DNA of 63,957 nucleotides, filler included, from Octopus bimaculoides (Eukaryota): the NCBI RefSeq assembly GCF_001194135.2. It is 7 parts of 7 records of this genome, joined end to end, with 100 filler letters (N's around TTAATTAATTAA, not from the genome) between each part and the next. Parts side by side here need not be neighbours in the genome. Positions count along the whole stretch, not along the records: positions 10,989 to 30,948 come from NC_068997.1; positions 31,049 to 40,046 come from NC_068987.1; positions 40,147 to 55,825 come from NC_068998.1; 4 more parts are not named here. One strand, given 5' to 3'. The notes under the pieces are model-generated. The model did not search any database. It was not told the DNA's origin and was given only the letters and a program-made list of their open reading frames with translations. The first letter of the stretch is position 1; each line of letters begins with the position of its first letter. A program made the translations under genes and the position numbers. Of this stretch, positions 26,859 through 40,560 are shown piece after piece.

Positions 26859-26889
<31 letters not shown>

Positions 26890-26895
26890 TATATT

Positions 26896-26930
26896 CTGCC
26901 GAAGAGCGTAGGCTCGAAACGTAAGAGACT
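26896..26930 (+). ncRNA. Degenerate minimal hammerhead-ribozyme-like motif (repeat family shared with 31132)
   Basis: CTGCCGA-A-GAGC(GTAG)GCTC-GAAA-CGT-A. The core has C at conserved A6, and the 5' strand of stem I is lost to (TA)n. Confidence 0.45.
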
Positions 26931-27169
26931 TTTCCATTCTTCCTGAGTGTTANNNNNNNNNNNNNNNNNNNNNNNNNNNNNNNNNNNNNNNNNNNNNNNN
27001 NNNNNNNNNNNNNNNNNNNNNNNNNNNNNNNNNNNNNNNNNNNNNNNNNNNNNNNNNNNNNNNNNNNNNNNNNNNNNNNNNNNNNNNNNNNNNNNNNNNN
27101 NNNNNNNNNNNNNNNNNNNNNNNNNNNNNNNNNNNNNNNNNNNNNNNNNNNNNTATATATATATATATA

Positions 27170-27208
<39 letters not shown>

Positions 27209-27829
27209 AACTTTGTGTAGGAGTTGCTGTGTATACATACACGCTAAGGGTGGTATGTATTGAGTTTAGATGTCAGTACATCTCTATTTTATAACATTTG
27301 CACGTACTCTCTTCATCTTTCGCCTCCCATCCATTTGTTATCACCGTTTCTGCTGACTATGCCTGTAGATATTGCATACATGTATACCTGTGTGCATACA
27401 TGTTTATAAATATGTAAATTTAATTATACGCATGCATGTGTGTGCGTGTGTGTGTATGTCTATCTTCGTATATATTTGGGCTCATTTATATCTATATATA
27501 TGTGTATATATGTATATAAATAGAGAGAGAAATTGAAAAACATTTAAAGGTTTATAAAACATATATATTCATATACATTGATATTCACACACACACACAC
27601 ACACATACATATGACTTTCGAGAATAGATATCCTGATAGTCTGAGAATGTTACCTGTAATATCCTGTGACCTTTTACTCTCAGTGATTCATCTTTCAACC
27701 TGTTAAGCACCGGTTGTGTTAAATATTGCTGTACATCTAAACATTATTTATCTTACTTTCTCTCTTCCTGCATATTTTCCTACCCACTAAACGCCATTTT
27801 GTATGTGTGTATGTATATATATATGCATA

Positions 27830-27860
<31 letters not shown>

Positions 27861-27871
27861 GCATATATTTG

Positions 27872-27971
<100 letters not shown>

Positions 27972-28386
27972 AATATATGTATATACATTTACATATATAT
28001 GCATATATATACATATATATGTATATATATACATTTATGCACACACATATATATATACATTTATATGCATATACATATATATATACACATATATGCACAT
28101 GTATATATATATATATATGTATATACATTTACATATATATGCATATATATGCATATATATACATATATATGCATATATATATACATTTATGCACACACAT
28201 ATATATATATATTTATATGCATATACATATACATATATATACACATATATGTACATGTATATATATATATATATATATATACATACACACACATATATGT
28301 ATACATGTATATACATACATATATATATATACATACATGTGTGTATGTATGTGTATATATATACATGCATACGTGTGTGTATGCAA

Positions 28387-28423
<37 letters not shown>

Positions 28424-28497
28424 GAGAGAGAGAGAGAGTGTGTGTGTAGTGGCACAACAAGGCACCAATGTTTACTGGAAATACCAGTCGATATATA

Positions 28498-28536
<39 letters not shown>

Positions 28537-28650
28537 CATGATATGTACATACAGATGCATACTTGCTGTAGTATATGTGTTTCTATATGANNNNNNNNNN
28601 GCTGTAGTATATGTGTTTCTATATGACTTTTAATATGTGTGTATGTGTAC

Positions 28651-28700
<50 letters not shown>

Positions 28701-29759
28701 CTGCGTATGCGTGTGCTCTATAATCATCCTTTTCATCTTCACAACTCATCTAATAAAGTTATAATTATTTGAATCCACAGCTAAATTATTCTGTAATATT
28801 TCACATACGTAATCTAATTAATATTAGTTACGTCACTGAATCACGTGATGGAAGTGAGAGTAGACAACATGTTAGTGCGAAGTGACTGGCAATTTAAATA
28901 GTGTTTTCTCTTCCACAATGACTACTTTTGTTTGGTAGTGCTGTAATATTTTATGATGTAATTAATATTAGTGCTTTTACTAATCTAGATTTAGTCTCTG
29001 GCCTTGATCTTACTGAGCTACATTTTGTTACAGTTTCTGTTATATTTCTTTTGTTGTTTAAGCTGTTCTCTTACAGCTCCATAGGTATTGTTATGAAGTA
29101 ACTGCATAATCCAACGTCGTTTTAATTAAGTTGATGTTTGGCCAAAGTAACATATATTGACGTTGTCTTTTTTTTTTTTTGCTTTAGTTTTTCTTTTTGT
29201 AATTCATCACAATCATCATCATTATCATAATTACTGTGTAATCTCCAGCTTTTAAACATTATCAACCTCATTATCATCATTATCATAACCACCACCACCA
29301 TGTTTTTTTTTTTATTACACGGCCTCATCATCTGCAGTAACGTCAATAACATCCCTGTCTTTAACGTTGTGATGTTCGTCAGTTATTGCTGCTGTTTAGC
29401 TGTACGTCGGTTCTCATCACGCAGAATGTATTCCAACCATGGCCATTACGTTTGAATTTTTAAAGCCTAACGTAGTTTATCTAAAACTACACTATTTTTC
29501 CTTCCCATTTTAAAGATAGAACTGGGTGATTTCTGGTGGATTTGACTGCTATATCTAGCAGTTCATAAAACCACGCAAAGACTGTCTTATTAACAATAAA
29601 CTAGAGATGCTTATATCTTACATAGCTACATGAACATCTTTCTTCTGAAGTTAAAGAAATCGATTACGTGACATTCATGCCTTTCCCCAAAACACTGTCA
29701 GTGAAATGAATTGGCGTTCACAAGGAATTTGAATCTATTTCCTTATGGCGGTCAGCTTT

Positions 29760-29970
29760 CTTTCTCTCTCTCTCCCTCTCTCCTTCTCTCTCTCTCCCTC
29801 TCCCTCCCTCCTCTCCCTCTCCCTCTCTCCTTCTCTCCCTCTCCCTCTCTCCCTCTCTCGATCAGTCTCCCTCTCTCACTTTATACACTATGCTTGATAA
29901 TTTCTGTCTCTGCCTTTCTTTCTTTCGCGCGCGCGATCTTTCTCTGTCACTCATCTCTGTCTGTCTGTCA

Positions 29971-30010
<40 letters not shown>

Positions 30011-30113
30011 ACCTCTCGCTTTATACACTGTTTAACACTCCGTGCCTCTCTCTTTGTCTCTCCCTCCTCTGTCGCTGTCTCTTTCTTTATCTCATTTCTC
30101 TCTCTCTCTCTTG

Positions 30114-30176
<63 letters not shown>

Positions 30177-30440
30177 CTTATACACCACGCTTAACCCTCC
30201 GTGCCTCTCTTTTTGTCTCTCCTTCCTCCTTCCTCCTCTGTCTCTCTCTCTCTCTCTCTTGCATTCTCTCCTTTCTCTTTCCCTCTCTCTCTCTCCCTCT
30301 TTCTGTCTGTCTCTTTCTATCGCTTTATACACGATGCTAAACACATTGTGTCTTTCTCATTCTCCCCCCTCCCTCTCTCCCGCTTTCTATCTTTCTACCT
30401 CCATCTCACCATTTCCATCTCTCTCGTCTTATACTAAACA
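29760..30440 (+). repeat. Polypyrimidine minisatellite: a ~40-50 bp module repeated about 5 times with variable (CT)n spacers
   Basis: The module (C)GCTTTATACAC...CTCCGTGCCTCTCT recurs near 29880, 30017, 30175, 30321 and 30425. Confidence 0.75.
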
Positions 30441-30912
30441 TGCTGCTATCTGTCGATGTTATTTAAGGTTTATTGTTGTCACTGTTGTTATCTGCTCCGC
30501 AATATAATGTTTAATTGGGTGTTATTTTAGGACTCTGCGTAAAACCTCATTATTTGGCTATGAATAACATTTATTACTATTTATTACATCAAGCTTATGG
30601 AGCAATAACAATAACAACAACAACAATAACAACAACAACAATAACAACGTTAATTGTCGACAAAGCGATAACGGTGATTCGATATATTTGTGTACAATGT
30701 CTTCAGACTTTTCATATTCATCTGACGGAGAGGGGTGGGGGTAGCTGTGTGTGTGTGTATGTATGTGTATGCGTGTGCTGTTTGTACGAGTGTATACACA
30801 TATGCACGTAAAAACACACATTATATATATATATATATAGGATGTTATAATACTATTCTAGAGACGTATATATATATATATATATATGTGTATACATATA
30901 TATATATATATG

Positions 30913-30948
<36 letters not shown>

Positions 30949-31048
30949 NNNNNNNNNNNNNNNNNNNNNNNNNNNNNNNNNNNNNNNNNNNNTTAATTAA
31001 TTAANNNNNNNNNNNNNNNNNNNNNNNNNNNNNNNNNNNNNNNNNNNN
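30949..31048. other. Synthetic scaffolding join
   Basis: 44 N + TTAATTAATTAA (30993-31004) + 44 N. Confidence 0.95.
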
Positions 31049-31049
31049 C

Positions 31050-31090
<41 letters not shown>

Positions 31091-31131
31091 TTTTATTTTT
31101 TTATTTTCTCTCTCTGTTTATTTTGGTGTTC

Positions 31132-31170
31132 CTTTGTTGAAGAGTGTAGGCTCGAAACGTAAAAGACTTT
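31132..31170 (+). ncRNA. Degenerate minimal hammerhead-ribozyme-like motif
   Basis: CTTT-GTTGA-A-GAGT(GTAG)GCTC-GAAA-CGT-A-AAAG. Stem I is CTTT/AAAG, the core lacks C3-U4, and the downstream flank is homologous to the 26896 copy. Confidence 0.45.
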
Positions 31171-32023
31171 CTCACTTCCTGAGCATTAAACTAATACATC
31201 TGTTTGTTGTTTACACACCCATCTTCATCTTTTGTTTTGTTCATTTTTTTTGTAAATCTTACTATACACAAACACACACACAGTAGACAAATTTTAACTA
31301 TTTTCCCACAGATTGAAGAAACCAAACAGCCTTGATTGATTTTCAAGCCTTATAGAGTTCTCAGAGAGGCCCACATCAATTTAACTGACTCCATAGAAAT
31401 AAGCAGCCAATCTCTTTTTATACTCAACAAATCCAGAAGCTCCACAAAATTGGAGTGACTAATTTGCATACCATTAGAGCTTAACAATTTATTTGATATG
31501 TCACCAGGGATCTCAGTCCATACAACATCAAGGTATGATATCTGTAACCTATGAAGCAGAGATACAAATACATTTAAACTTTTTATTTGTAGACTAGCTG
31601 CAATTTTTGTATTATGTGTAGATAGACCATCATGGTGTTTGTGTTTGTGTGTGTGTGTGATTATATAAAATGAGTATTTTGATATTAATATCAAATGCAT
31701 AATGAAACTGCTGATAATATTGGCCATGCTTTCTGTATAGAATTGAATGGTTGTCTAAATTCGACAATGTTTCATTCTTGGGCTTGGCCGTTTGTATGAA
31801 AAATGATAAGAAATACTAAAATACAATATATCAATGCGTATATATAAGTTTGTGTGTGTGTGTGTGTGTGTGTGGACATGTATGTGTGTAACTGTACTGT
31901 TTGTACAAGTATTCCTATGTATGGAAAAAGTATTTGTTGATTGGGAGACACAGAAAGAAAGAATGTGTGTGTGTGTGGCTATAAGTATAAAATTTCCCCT
32001 TTAACTCTCTGTCTGTCTGTCTG

Positions 32024-32072
<49 letters not shown>

Positions 32073-32082
32073 NNNNNNNNNN

Positions 32083-32120
<38 letters not shown>

Positions 32121-32435
32121 CTCTCTCTCTATGGCAAGAAGAAAATGGAGGGGATCCAGAGGTAGTATGCATCAACTCTTAGACATTATATTATGTCTAT
32201 TTATCTTAAACAATTATGAGAACATATATACATACGTAAAGATTGTGTTTTACATAAGTACCATTCTATCTATCTATCTATCTCTCTATCTATCTATCTA
32301 CCTATCTGTTTGTCCATCTATCTATTAATCAATCTACCTATTTATCTTTCCATGTTTATCTATCCATCAATCTAGCTAGCTGCTTGTCTATCAGTCTGTC
32401 CGTCCATCTTATTTATCTATCTATCTATCTGTCTG

Positions 32436-32489
<54 letters not shown>

Positions 32490-32637
32490 AAGCTAGCTCT
32501 CTATCTAGCTATCTATCAACCTATCTGTCTATCTATTTGTCCATCTATCTATTAATCAATCTACCTATTTATCTACCCATGTTTACCTATTGATCTAGTT
32601 AGCTACCTGTCTATCGGTCTGTCCATCCATTTTATCG

Positions 32638-32685
<48 letters not shown>

Positions 32686-33647
32686 ATCCATGTACATCTA
32701 TATGTGTATACATGCAGACATGGACATGGTCTTACACTCTATATATATACATGCACTCTTATATTTCCATTGAAGAAAACGTTCATGGTTAAGGTGACCA
32801 AAAAGAAAAAAAGAAAAAAGAAAAACAGGAACAAATAAATAAAAATGAAATAAAATTAACTAAAAAAAGATAAATAAAATGACCGAAAAAAATTAAGCAT
32901 TTTCTGGCAAGTTGGCTACAGCTATATAATAAGTGGAGATCTAAAGTAATATTGATAAATTGTCTTGAATAATATGTATAGAATCCGAAGCATAATAGAT
33001 GGTGCTAGAGTTTGAACAAAAAACAAAATGGCCCTGTGACCAATTCAATTAATCAGCTCTGATAGATTTAGCAGATAGATTCCTATGACAGTTCCCTAGA
33101 GCAGCAAGCTTCAATACACTTTTGAAAATCCTTGAACAAAACTTGCAATGAAAACATTCTCTTTGATTATATATGTTAGTCGGATACTGTTAGCGGTAGT
33201 TAACATTTCTCTGTCTTCCTTTGATTATTTTAGATGCGGTTGTCTTTAGAATTTGTCATGAAGATCTTTAGTAAGTAGAAGGAAAAATTCTGCCTGACTT
33301 GAGTAATTCGGCTGTCCAAACGGCTTGCGCAGATAAACCAATTATCTTGCCAATCTAAGTATAGGAGATTATGTCGTGTTGCTTGTTCAAGTTGGTGGAT
33401 ATGTTTTTGGTGGCATTTTCTGTCGAAGACAAATCAATGGACTTGTGTCTCGTACACCATGCAGTAATTGCTGTTCATTTGTGCTAGTGCTGGCCGTTTC
33501 TTAAGAAATCGCATTATTTTCGAGGAATTATTATTGTTGTTATATGGCGTAATTATGCTTGTAAGTATATCTGTGACACGTGTGTGGTGTGTATGAATAT
33601 AGTTATGCATGTATACGTATTTATGTGTGTGTGTGTGTGTGTGTGTG

Positions 33648-33828
33648 TATCATCGTCCTCGTTGCTTAACGTCTGCTTTCCATGCTGGCATGAGTTGGCC
33701 GGTTTGACTGAGGACCAGCAAGCTGGAAGGCTGCACCAGGCTTCAATCTGATTTGGCAAAGTTTCTACAGTTGGATGCCCTTCCTAATGCCAACCACTCC
33801 GAAAGTGTAGTGGGTGCTTTTTATGTTT
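33648..33828 (-). mobile_element. SINE family C (RTE-type (GAT)n tail on the minus strand)
   Basis: Homologous to 59138-59335: TTAACGTC(T/C)GCTTTCCATGCT...GGATGCCCTTCCTAA...GTGGGTGCTTTT. Confidence 0.8.
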
Positions 33829-33869
33829 TCGTTTTTATGTTTTTGTTTCTCATTGTGTTTAACACATAT

Positions 33870-33920
<51 letters not shown>

Positions 33921-33926
<6 letters not shown>

Positions 33927-34053
33927 GGCTTCTTTCAGTTTCCATCTACCAAATCCACTCACAAGGCTTTGGCTGGCCTGAGGCTACAGTAGAAGACACT
34001 TGCCCAAGGTGCCACACAGTAGGACTGAACCCGGAACCATGTGGTTGGGAAGC
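33921..34053 (-). mobile_element. SINE family B, 5' half
   Basis: Reverse complement of the family B head (GGTTCCGGGTTCAGTCCTACTGTGTGGCACCTTGGGCAAG...). Confidence 0.85.
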
Positions 34054-34082
34054 ACATTATCATCTTCATTATCATCATCCTT

Positions 34083-34124
<42 letters not shown>

Positions 34125-34460
34125 TCCATCATCATCATCCTTATCATCATCATCATCATCACCATCATCATAATCATTGTCATCATTATGATCATCATTA
34201 TTGTCATCATCGTCATCAGAATCCTCATCATCGTCATAATCACCATGATCATTGTCATCATCATCATCACCATCATTATCCTCATCGTCACCACCGTAAT
34301 CATCATAATCACTTACCACAATCATCAACTATCATTGTCCTCCTCCTCCTCCTCATCATCATCATCATCATGATCATCATCATCATTCAGTATATTCAGC
34401 AATACCAATAACATTTGATATCACACACACACAAACACACACAAACACACACACACACAC

Positions 34461-34505
<45 letters not shown>

Positions 34506-36284
34506 CAAACTCATTTTAATTGCTGTTACAAAGCTGCAAGTCAACTTAGAAAGAAAAACCAACTTCCAGAAAAACCAACTTCCAGAAAAACCAGACAACT
34601 TCAACAGACTCTAAATTGCTTTTCTTATTCTTCGTTGTCAACTTTCGATTATTTTTCTTCTTCTTTTCCTTCTTCGTCTTCTGCTTTTGATTGTCCATCA
34701 TGTAGAAATGGCCATCTTCTTTTGCTCTCCGTTTCTGTCCAGTGCAAAGACACCAAATTGTATTCCAAGAAGCGAGATATGGATGAAGGCCATATTCTCC
34801 AAGTATTTACCATCATCATTATCGTCGTTGTCGTCATCGCCATCATCAAATACATTGTTTTCATCATCATCATCAACACCACTACCAACAACACCCATCA
34901 TCATTGTTGACATCATCATCATCATCGCCATGAGTTAATTCTTTTTGCAAGAGTGTGTCTTAAACCCTGGCAAATATGGTAATTGGGGAATGAGACAAAA
35001 AAATAGTCAATTATCACTCCTATTAAGGACAGATTAATCTCTCACCTGTTTTATTGTTGCTGAAACCAGGTGAGGCATTAAACACGAACACCTGTGAGAT
35101 TATTGTTGTTGTTGTTGCTTAACTCTGAGTCAGTTCCGAATGAGCAGTCCCATGACCAAAAGCATCTCAACCATGACCTCATCTAATTTTCAAGGTGTGA
35201 CCGGGTGGTAAGTTGTTTGCTTTCTAATGACATGATTTTGGGTTCAGTTCTACTGCATGTCACCTTAGGCAAGTTTCTTATATTGTAGCTGTAGGCTGAT
35301 TAAAACCTTGTAAATGGATATAGTTTGAGACAGAAAGATGCTTGTCATGCACACACACACACACACACACACGCACACACACACGCACACACACGCACAC
35401 ACACACACACGCACACACACATACACGCACACACACACACACTAATTGTGAGCTAATAAGGCTACCAATGGTTTCATGTAGAAGAAAATTTCTCAACAAT
35501 TATCAAGCATACCACATAGGCTTGATATGTGTGTGTTTGTGTGTACGTGTGTGTATGTGTGCATGCATGCATGTGTTATGCTCTCCTTGCCTTGGCATCA
35601 CGTGACAGTTGTAAGCAAGTATCACCGTCATGCAAGCAGTGTCCTTCATTTCATTCTTCCATGAAAACATGTCTGGTCTGGAGGAAATTGGAAACAGGTG
35701 AGGACCAGTGACAGGAAGGGCCTCTGGCCATAGAAAAAAAACCTGCCCCAACAAATTTCGCCCAACGTAGGAAACTAGACGTTAAAACTATAATGATAAT
35801 GGCAATGATAAGATGAGGTTTGAGTGAGATCTGCTTGTTGTTTCTAGCAGATCAGACAAACACTTAGAGGTTCATTTAAGAAGACACAGGTCATTCTTTA
35901 TGATGCACTCTTGTTCGACTTTCTTAATTTGCATTTAACTAGTTCCTAATCAATCTTTTGAATGGAGTCTACAGAATAGATATATCGACATTTTAGGTTG
36001 GATTCCAGAATAGAAGAGACGCGAATTTATTAATTGTTGTGTGTGGTTGCATGATACATACATTGAAATTTTTCTTGATAAAGCTCAAGAAATTAAAGAC
36101 AGCAGAGAAAATAGATAGCACACATAATGTTGATAAGCAATGAAACATAACAGAATCTAGTGTTAAGAATTACGTATAGATTATCTTAGTGGTTATCTGG
36201 TCAATCATTCATTTAGGATTAGCTGGCCATCATAGTTCTATCTTTTGGGGATTTTTTTTGTTTCTTTTCTTTTCAAGTTACAAT

Positions 36285-36436
36285 GTAGGCGTTGTAATGG
36301 CTGTGTGGTTTAGAAGCTTGCTTTCCAACAGTGAGGTCTTGGGTTCAGTCCCACTGTGTGTGACATCATGGGCAAGTATCTTCTACAATAGCTCCAGGTC
36401 AAGGAATGGCCTTGTCAGTGAAGTTAGTTGACTGAA
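36285..36436 (+). mobile_element. SINE family B, 5' half
   Basis: GGCTGTGTGGTTTAGAAGCTTGCTTTCCAAC...GGGTTCAGTCCCACTG. Confidence 0.8.
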
Positions 36437-36729
36437 AATCTGAGAGGGAGCATCTCAAATATATATATATTTTTATTCTTTTATTCTTTAACTTGTTTCA
36501 GTCATTTGACCGCGACCATGCTGGAGCATCACCTTTAGTTGAACAAATCGACCCGAGAACTGATTCTTTTGTAAGCCTAGTACTTATTGTATCAGTCTAT
36601 TTTGCCAAACCACTAAGTTACAAGGTTGTTTATGGAAGGCCAGCAGTTGCCCATGCATACCAGCCTCCCCTCGCCACCCCACTAATGTTATCCAATGAAA
36701 AGGCAAAGGCCGATACAGCTTGGCACCAG

Positions 36730-36885
36730 TGACGTCACAGCTTATTTCTGCAGCTGAGTTAACTGGAGCAACATGAAATAAAGTGTCTTGCTCAAGAACA
36801 CAATGCGCAGCCCGGTCCAGGAATTGAACTCACAACCTCATACTCATAAGCTCGACACCCTAGCCACTGAGCCATGCACCTTCAC
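36730..36885 (-). mobile_element. tRNA-headed SINE of a further family (central TGTGTTCTTGAGCAAGACACTTTATTTCA domain)
   Basis: The minus strand has A box TGGCTCAGTGG and B box GAGTTCAATTCC; a related piece lies at ~60480-60610. Confidence 0.75.
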
Positions 36886-36904
36886 ACACACACATACACA
36901 TATA

Positions 36905-37055
36905 TGATGGGCTTCTTTCAGTTTCCATCTATCAAATCCACTCTACTATAACCCGAGGCTATAATAGAAAACACTTTCCCAAAGAGTCACGCAATGTGAT
37001 GGAACCCGGAACCATGTGATTGGGAAGCAAGCTTCTTACCACACAGCCACTCCTG
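36905..37055 (-). mobile_element. SINE family B, 5' half
   Basis: Reverse complement of the family B head. Confidence 0.85.
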
Positions 37056-37408
37056 TATGCATTAAATGATGTGTACAATATTATATATCCATCATAGCGA
37101 ATCTTACCAATCAGTTTCACACTAGGAGTTGAACGTGGTGTTAGATAACAGCCTGACTATGTAACCCTGCACTCTTCAGAGATGGCAGTTATGGAACAGT
37201 TATCTAACACACCATTGAAACCCTTGTAATAAACAGCAACATCTATAAAATTTCACTTACCCGGCATTGGTCAACCCCTAGCCTGTTTAAAGGGACTTGC
37301 CCAAGGTACTATGCAGTGAGATTGAACTCAAAACCATATGTTTGCAAAACCAAACTTCTTAACCCCACAGCCATGCTCGCACCAAACGCACACACACACA
37401 GACAGACA

Positions 37409-37455
<47 letters not shown>

Positions 37456-39391
37456 AAGCACAAATAAATAAATCTATAAATGTTTTCAAGTTTATGAAAA
37501 GAAAATAGAAAAATACTAAAAAAAAAAAAAATCAATCAATAATAAGATAAGAAATAAATAGAATGTTAAAATGTGTAAATAAAGTGAGAAATTATAATAA
37601 TATTCGTGTTTGATTTCCAGATTATAAGTTTTTATGGCAAAAATAAAAATAAAATGTAAAGTTTTTATAGATATGGTTAATGGGGTCATTTTTAAAAGTG
37701 TCGATCTTGTCTAAGTTATCTGAACAAAAGAAGTTACCAAGAAGCACATAGAAAGAGGTCTGTACATAGAGTACAAACGTATGTTATTGGGTACCTGTAC
37801 CATCCCTTTTATTTGTTGTTTGGGTAACATTGTATAGAGATGTCTTTGTTGTAGCTGTCGTCGTTGTTGTTGTTGTTGTTGTCGCCACGACCAATACTGC
37901 CTCTGGTAAGCACAACCACTGCCTTTTCCACCAGCACGACCATGACCACTTCAACCATCACCACCACTATTACAACCACTGCCACCACCACTTCAACCAT
38001 CACTGCCACTATCATAACCACCACAACCACTACAACCACTACCACAACCACCACCACCTCCACAACTGCCACAGCCAACACTACTACTACTACTACTACA
38101 ACCAGTGCTATCAAAAGGATCTAACTCTTTTAATCCAATCTCTTGTAGCCACATTAACTCGATTTTTTAGTAGGGAGGTAACCCAATTTTTTAATGGCAA
38201 TTTTTTAATGGGGGTGAGATAACGAAAAAGTACCAAAAATTGTTCATTGTTTGAAAAATATTGGTCAAGCTTAATACAATTTAATTTGTACTCAATGCAT
38301 GAAATGAAGTATCATTGTTGGGCCCAAGGCTTAATGAAGAGCCCTCCTTAAAAGTTACTCGATAGGGCAGCTTTAAAGCTAATCCATATGTGTGTGTGTG
38401 TGTGTGTGTGTGTGTTTTTGTGTCTGTGTTTGCATCCCACTGCCACATGAAAACCAGTCTTGATGTGTTTACATCCCCGTAGCTTGGGTAGCTTGGTCGT
38501 CCAGCAAAAGAGAACATTAGAACGAGTATGGGGCTTAAAAAGAAATATAATTAATTATTGGGGTCAGTTCATTCAAATACAATTTTCCAAAGTAGTGCCC
38601 CAGCATGGCCAGTGTCTAATGACTGAAACAAGTAAAAGATATATATATTTATANNNNNNNNNNNNNNNNNNNNNNNNNNNNNNNNNNNNNNNNNNNNNNN
38701 NNNNNNNNNNNNNNNNNNNNNNNNNNNNNNNNNNNNNNNNNNNNNNNNNNNNNNNNNNNNNNNNNNNNNNNNNNNNNNNNNNNNNNNNNNNNNNNNNNNN
38801 NNNNNNNNNNNNNNNNNNNNNNNNNNNNNNNNNNNNNNNNNNNNNNNNNNNNNNNNNNNNNNNNNNNNNNNNNNNNNNNNNNNNNNNNNNNNNNNNNNNN
38901 NNNNNNNNNNNNNNNNNNNNNNNNNNNNNNNNNNNNNNNNNNNNNNNNNNNNNNNNNNNNNNNNNNNNNNNNNNNNNNNNNNNNNNNNNNNNNNNNNNNN
39001 NNNNNNNNNNNNNNNNNNNNNNNNNNNNNNNNNNNNNNNNNNNNNNNNNNNNNNNNNNNNNTATATATATGTATTTATGTATATATATGTATGTATATGT
39101 ATGTATATGTATGTATATATGTATATATATGTATATGTATGCATATATTTGTATGTATATATATGTATGTATATATATATGTATATATACATATGTATGT
39201 ATATATGTATGTATGTATGTATATGTATATATGTGTATGTATCATGTATATATATATTTGTGTGTGTGTCTGTGTGCATGTATATATTATATATACATGC
39301 ATGTATGTTTATTATATATAAGTATATATTATATTTACATATGTGTGTGTGTGTGTGTGCATATTATATAAATTTATATATATATATGTGC

Positions 39392-39465
<74 letters not shown>

Positions 39466-40046
39466 GTATGTATATCATATTTTATATATATATATATATA
39501 TACACACCGTAGATGGTGGGGTTTGGAGCGAGGTGGATAAGCAGAGCATGGCAGCAAAGGAGCCAAAGTAGAAAGAAATTGTTGAGCTCTGGTTTGAATT
39601 AATTAATTTCCGTCACACTCCACTGCTTGCCCCAGAAATGTAGTTCTTTTGTCCAGCAACAATGTCTTGTAAAGCTATACAAATTATCTACAAATTGACA
39701 CACCCTCTCTCCCTCTAGTACACACCCATCAGCACACACACACACACATACACAGGTGAACACTCATACACATACATACTCATATACATAGGAAACCATT
39801 ACACATTTGGCTCACACACTCACTAATACACCCTCACCTATATACACACTCCCACACACAGTGTACCAGTGATCTTTGTCAAGTATTCAATAATGGGTCA
39901 TGATGGATTGGGCTGGCAGTAATGGTGGTGGTGGTGGTGGTGGTGGTGGATGTGATGGTGGTGGTGTTGGTGGTAGTGGTGATGGTGGTGGTGGTGGTGG
40001 CTGTGGTTGTAGTGGTTGGCTGTGGTGGTCATAGTGGTGGTGGTGA

Positions 40047-40146
40047 NNNNNNNNNNNNNNNNNNNNNNNNNNNNNNNNNNNNNNNNNNNNTTAATTAATT
40101 AANNNNNNNNNNNNNNNNNNNNNNNNNNNNNNNNNNNNNNNNNNNN
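40047..40146. other. Synthetic scaffolding join
   Basis: 44 N + TTAATTAATTAA (40091-40102) + 44 N. Confidence 0.95.
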
Positions 40147-40288
40147 CGTTCTGGGGTCGGTTTTCTCGACTAAAGGTGGTACACCAGCATGGCCGCAATC
40201 AGATGACTGAAACAAGTAAAAGAGATGAAAGAGAATATATATATATATATACAGAGAGAGAGAGAGAAGAGAGAGTGAAAAAGAGGAG

Positions 40289-40328
<40 letters not shown>

Positions 40329-40560
40329 AAGTGAATGAAGTTGTATAGGCGTGCTCTCCAGCCTCGTCCAAACTCGTAGATTTGTGTGAAGCTTTTAACA
40401 TATCTGCTCGTAGTCATAGACATCGATTTTGAAACCAGTACGCCTTTAGGAGTTTAATCTAACTCAATAAAGTGAATTTACGAGAGCAGTGCTCAAGTGA
40501 CTAATAACTAATATGTAAGCGTTCGTTATGAAAAATATATAACTAGCAATTAACTTACTG

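Noticed and set aside
28563-28630. Short direct duplication around a 10-N gap (similar at 57993-58040)
   Set aside because: Typical unmerged contig overlap.
33959-34373. Asp-rich, Met-rich and Ile-rich ORFs
   Set aside because: Degenerate (ATC)n tract next to a SINE.
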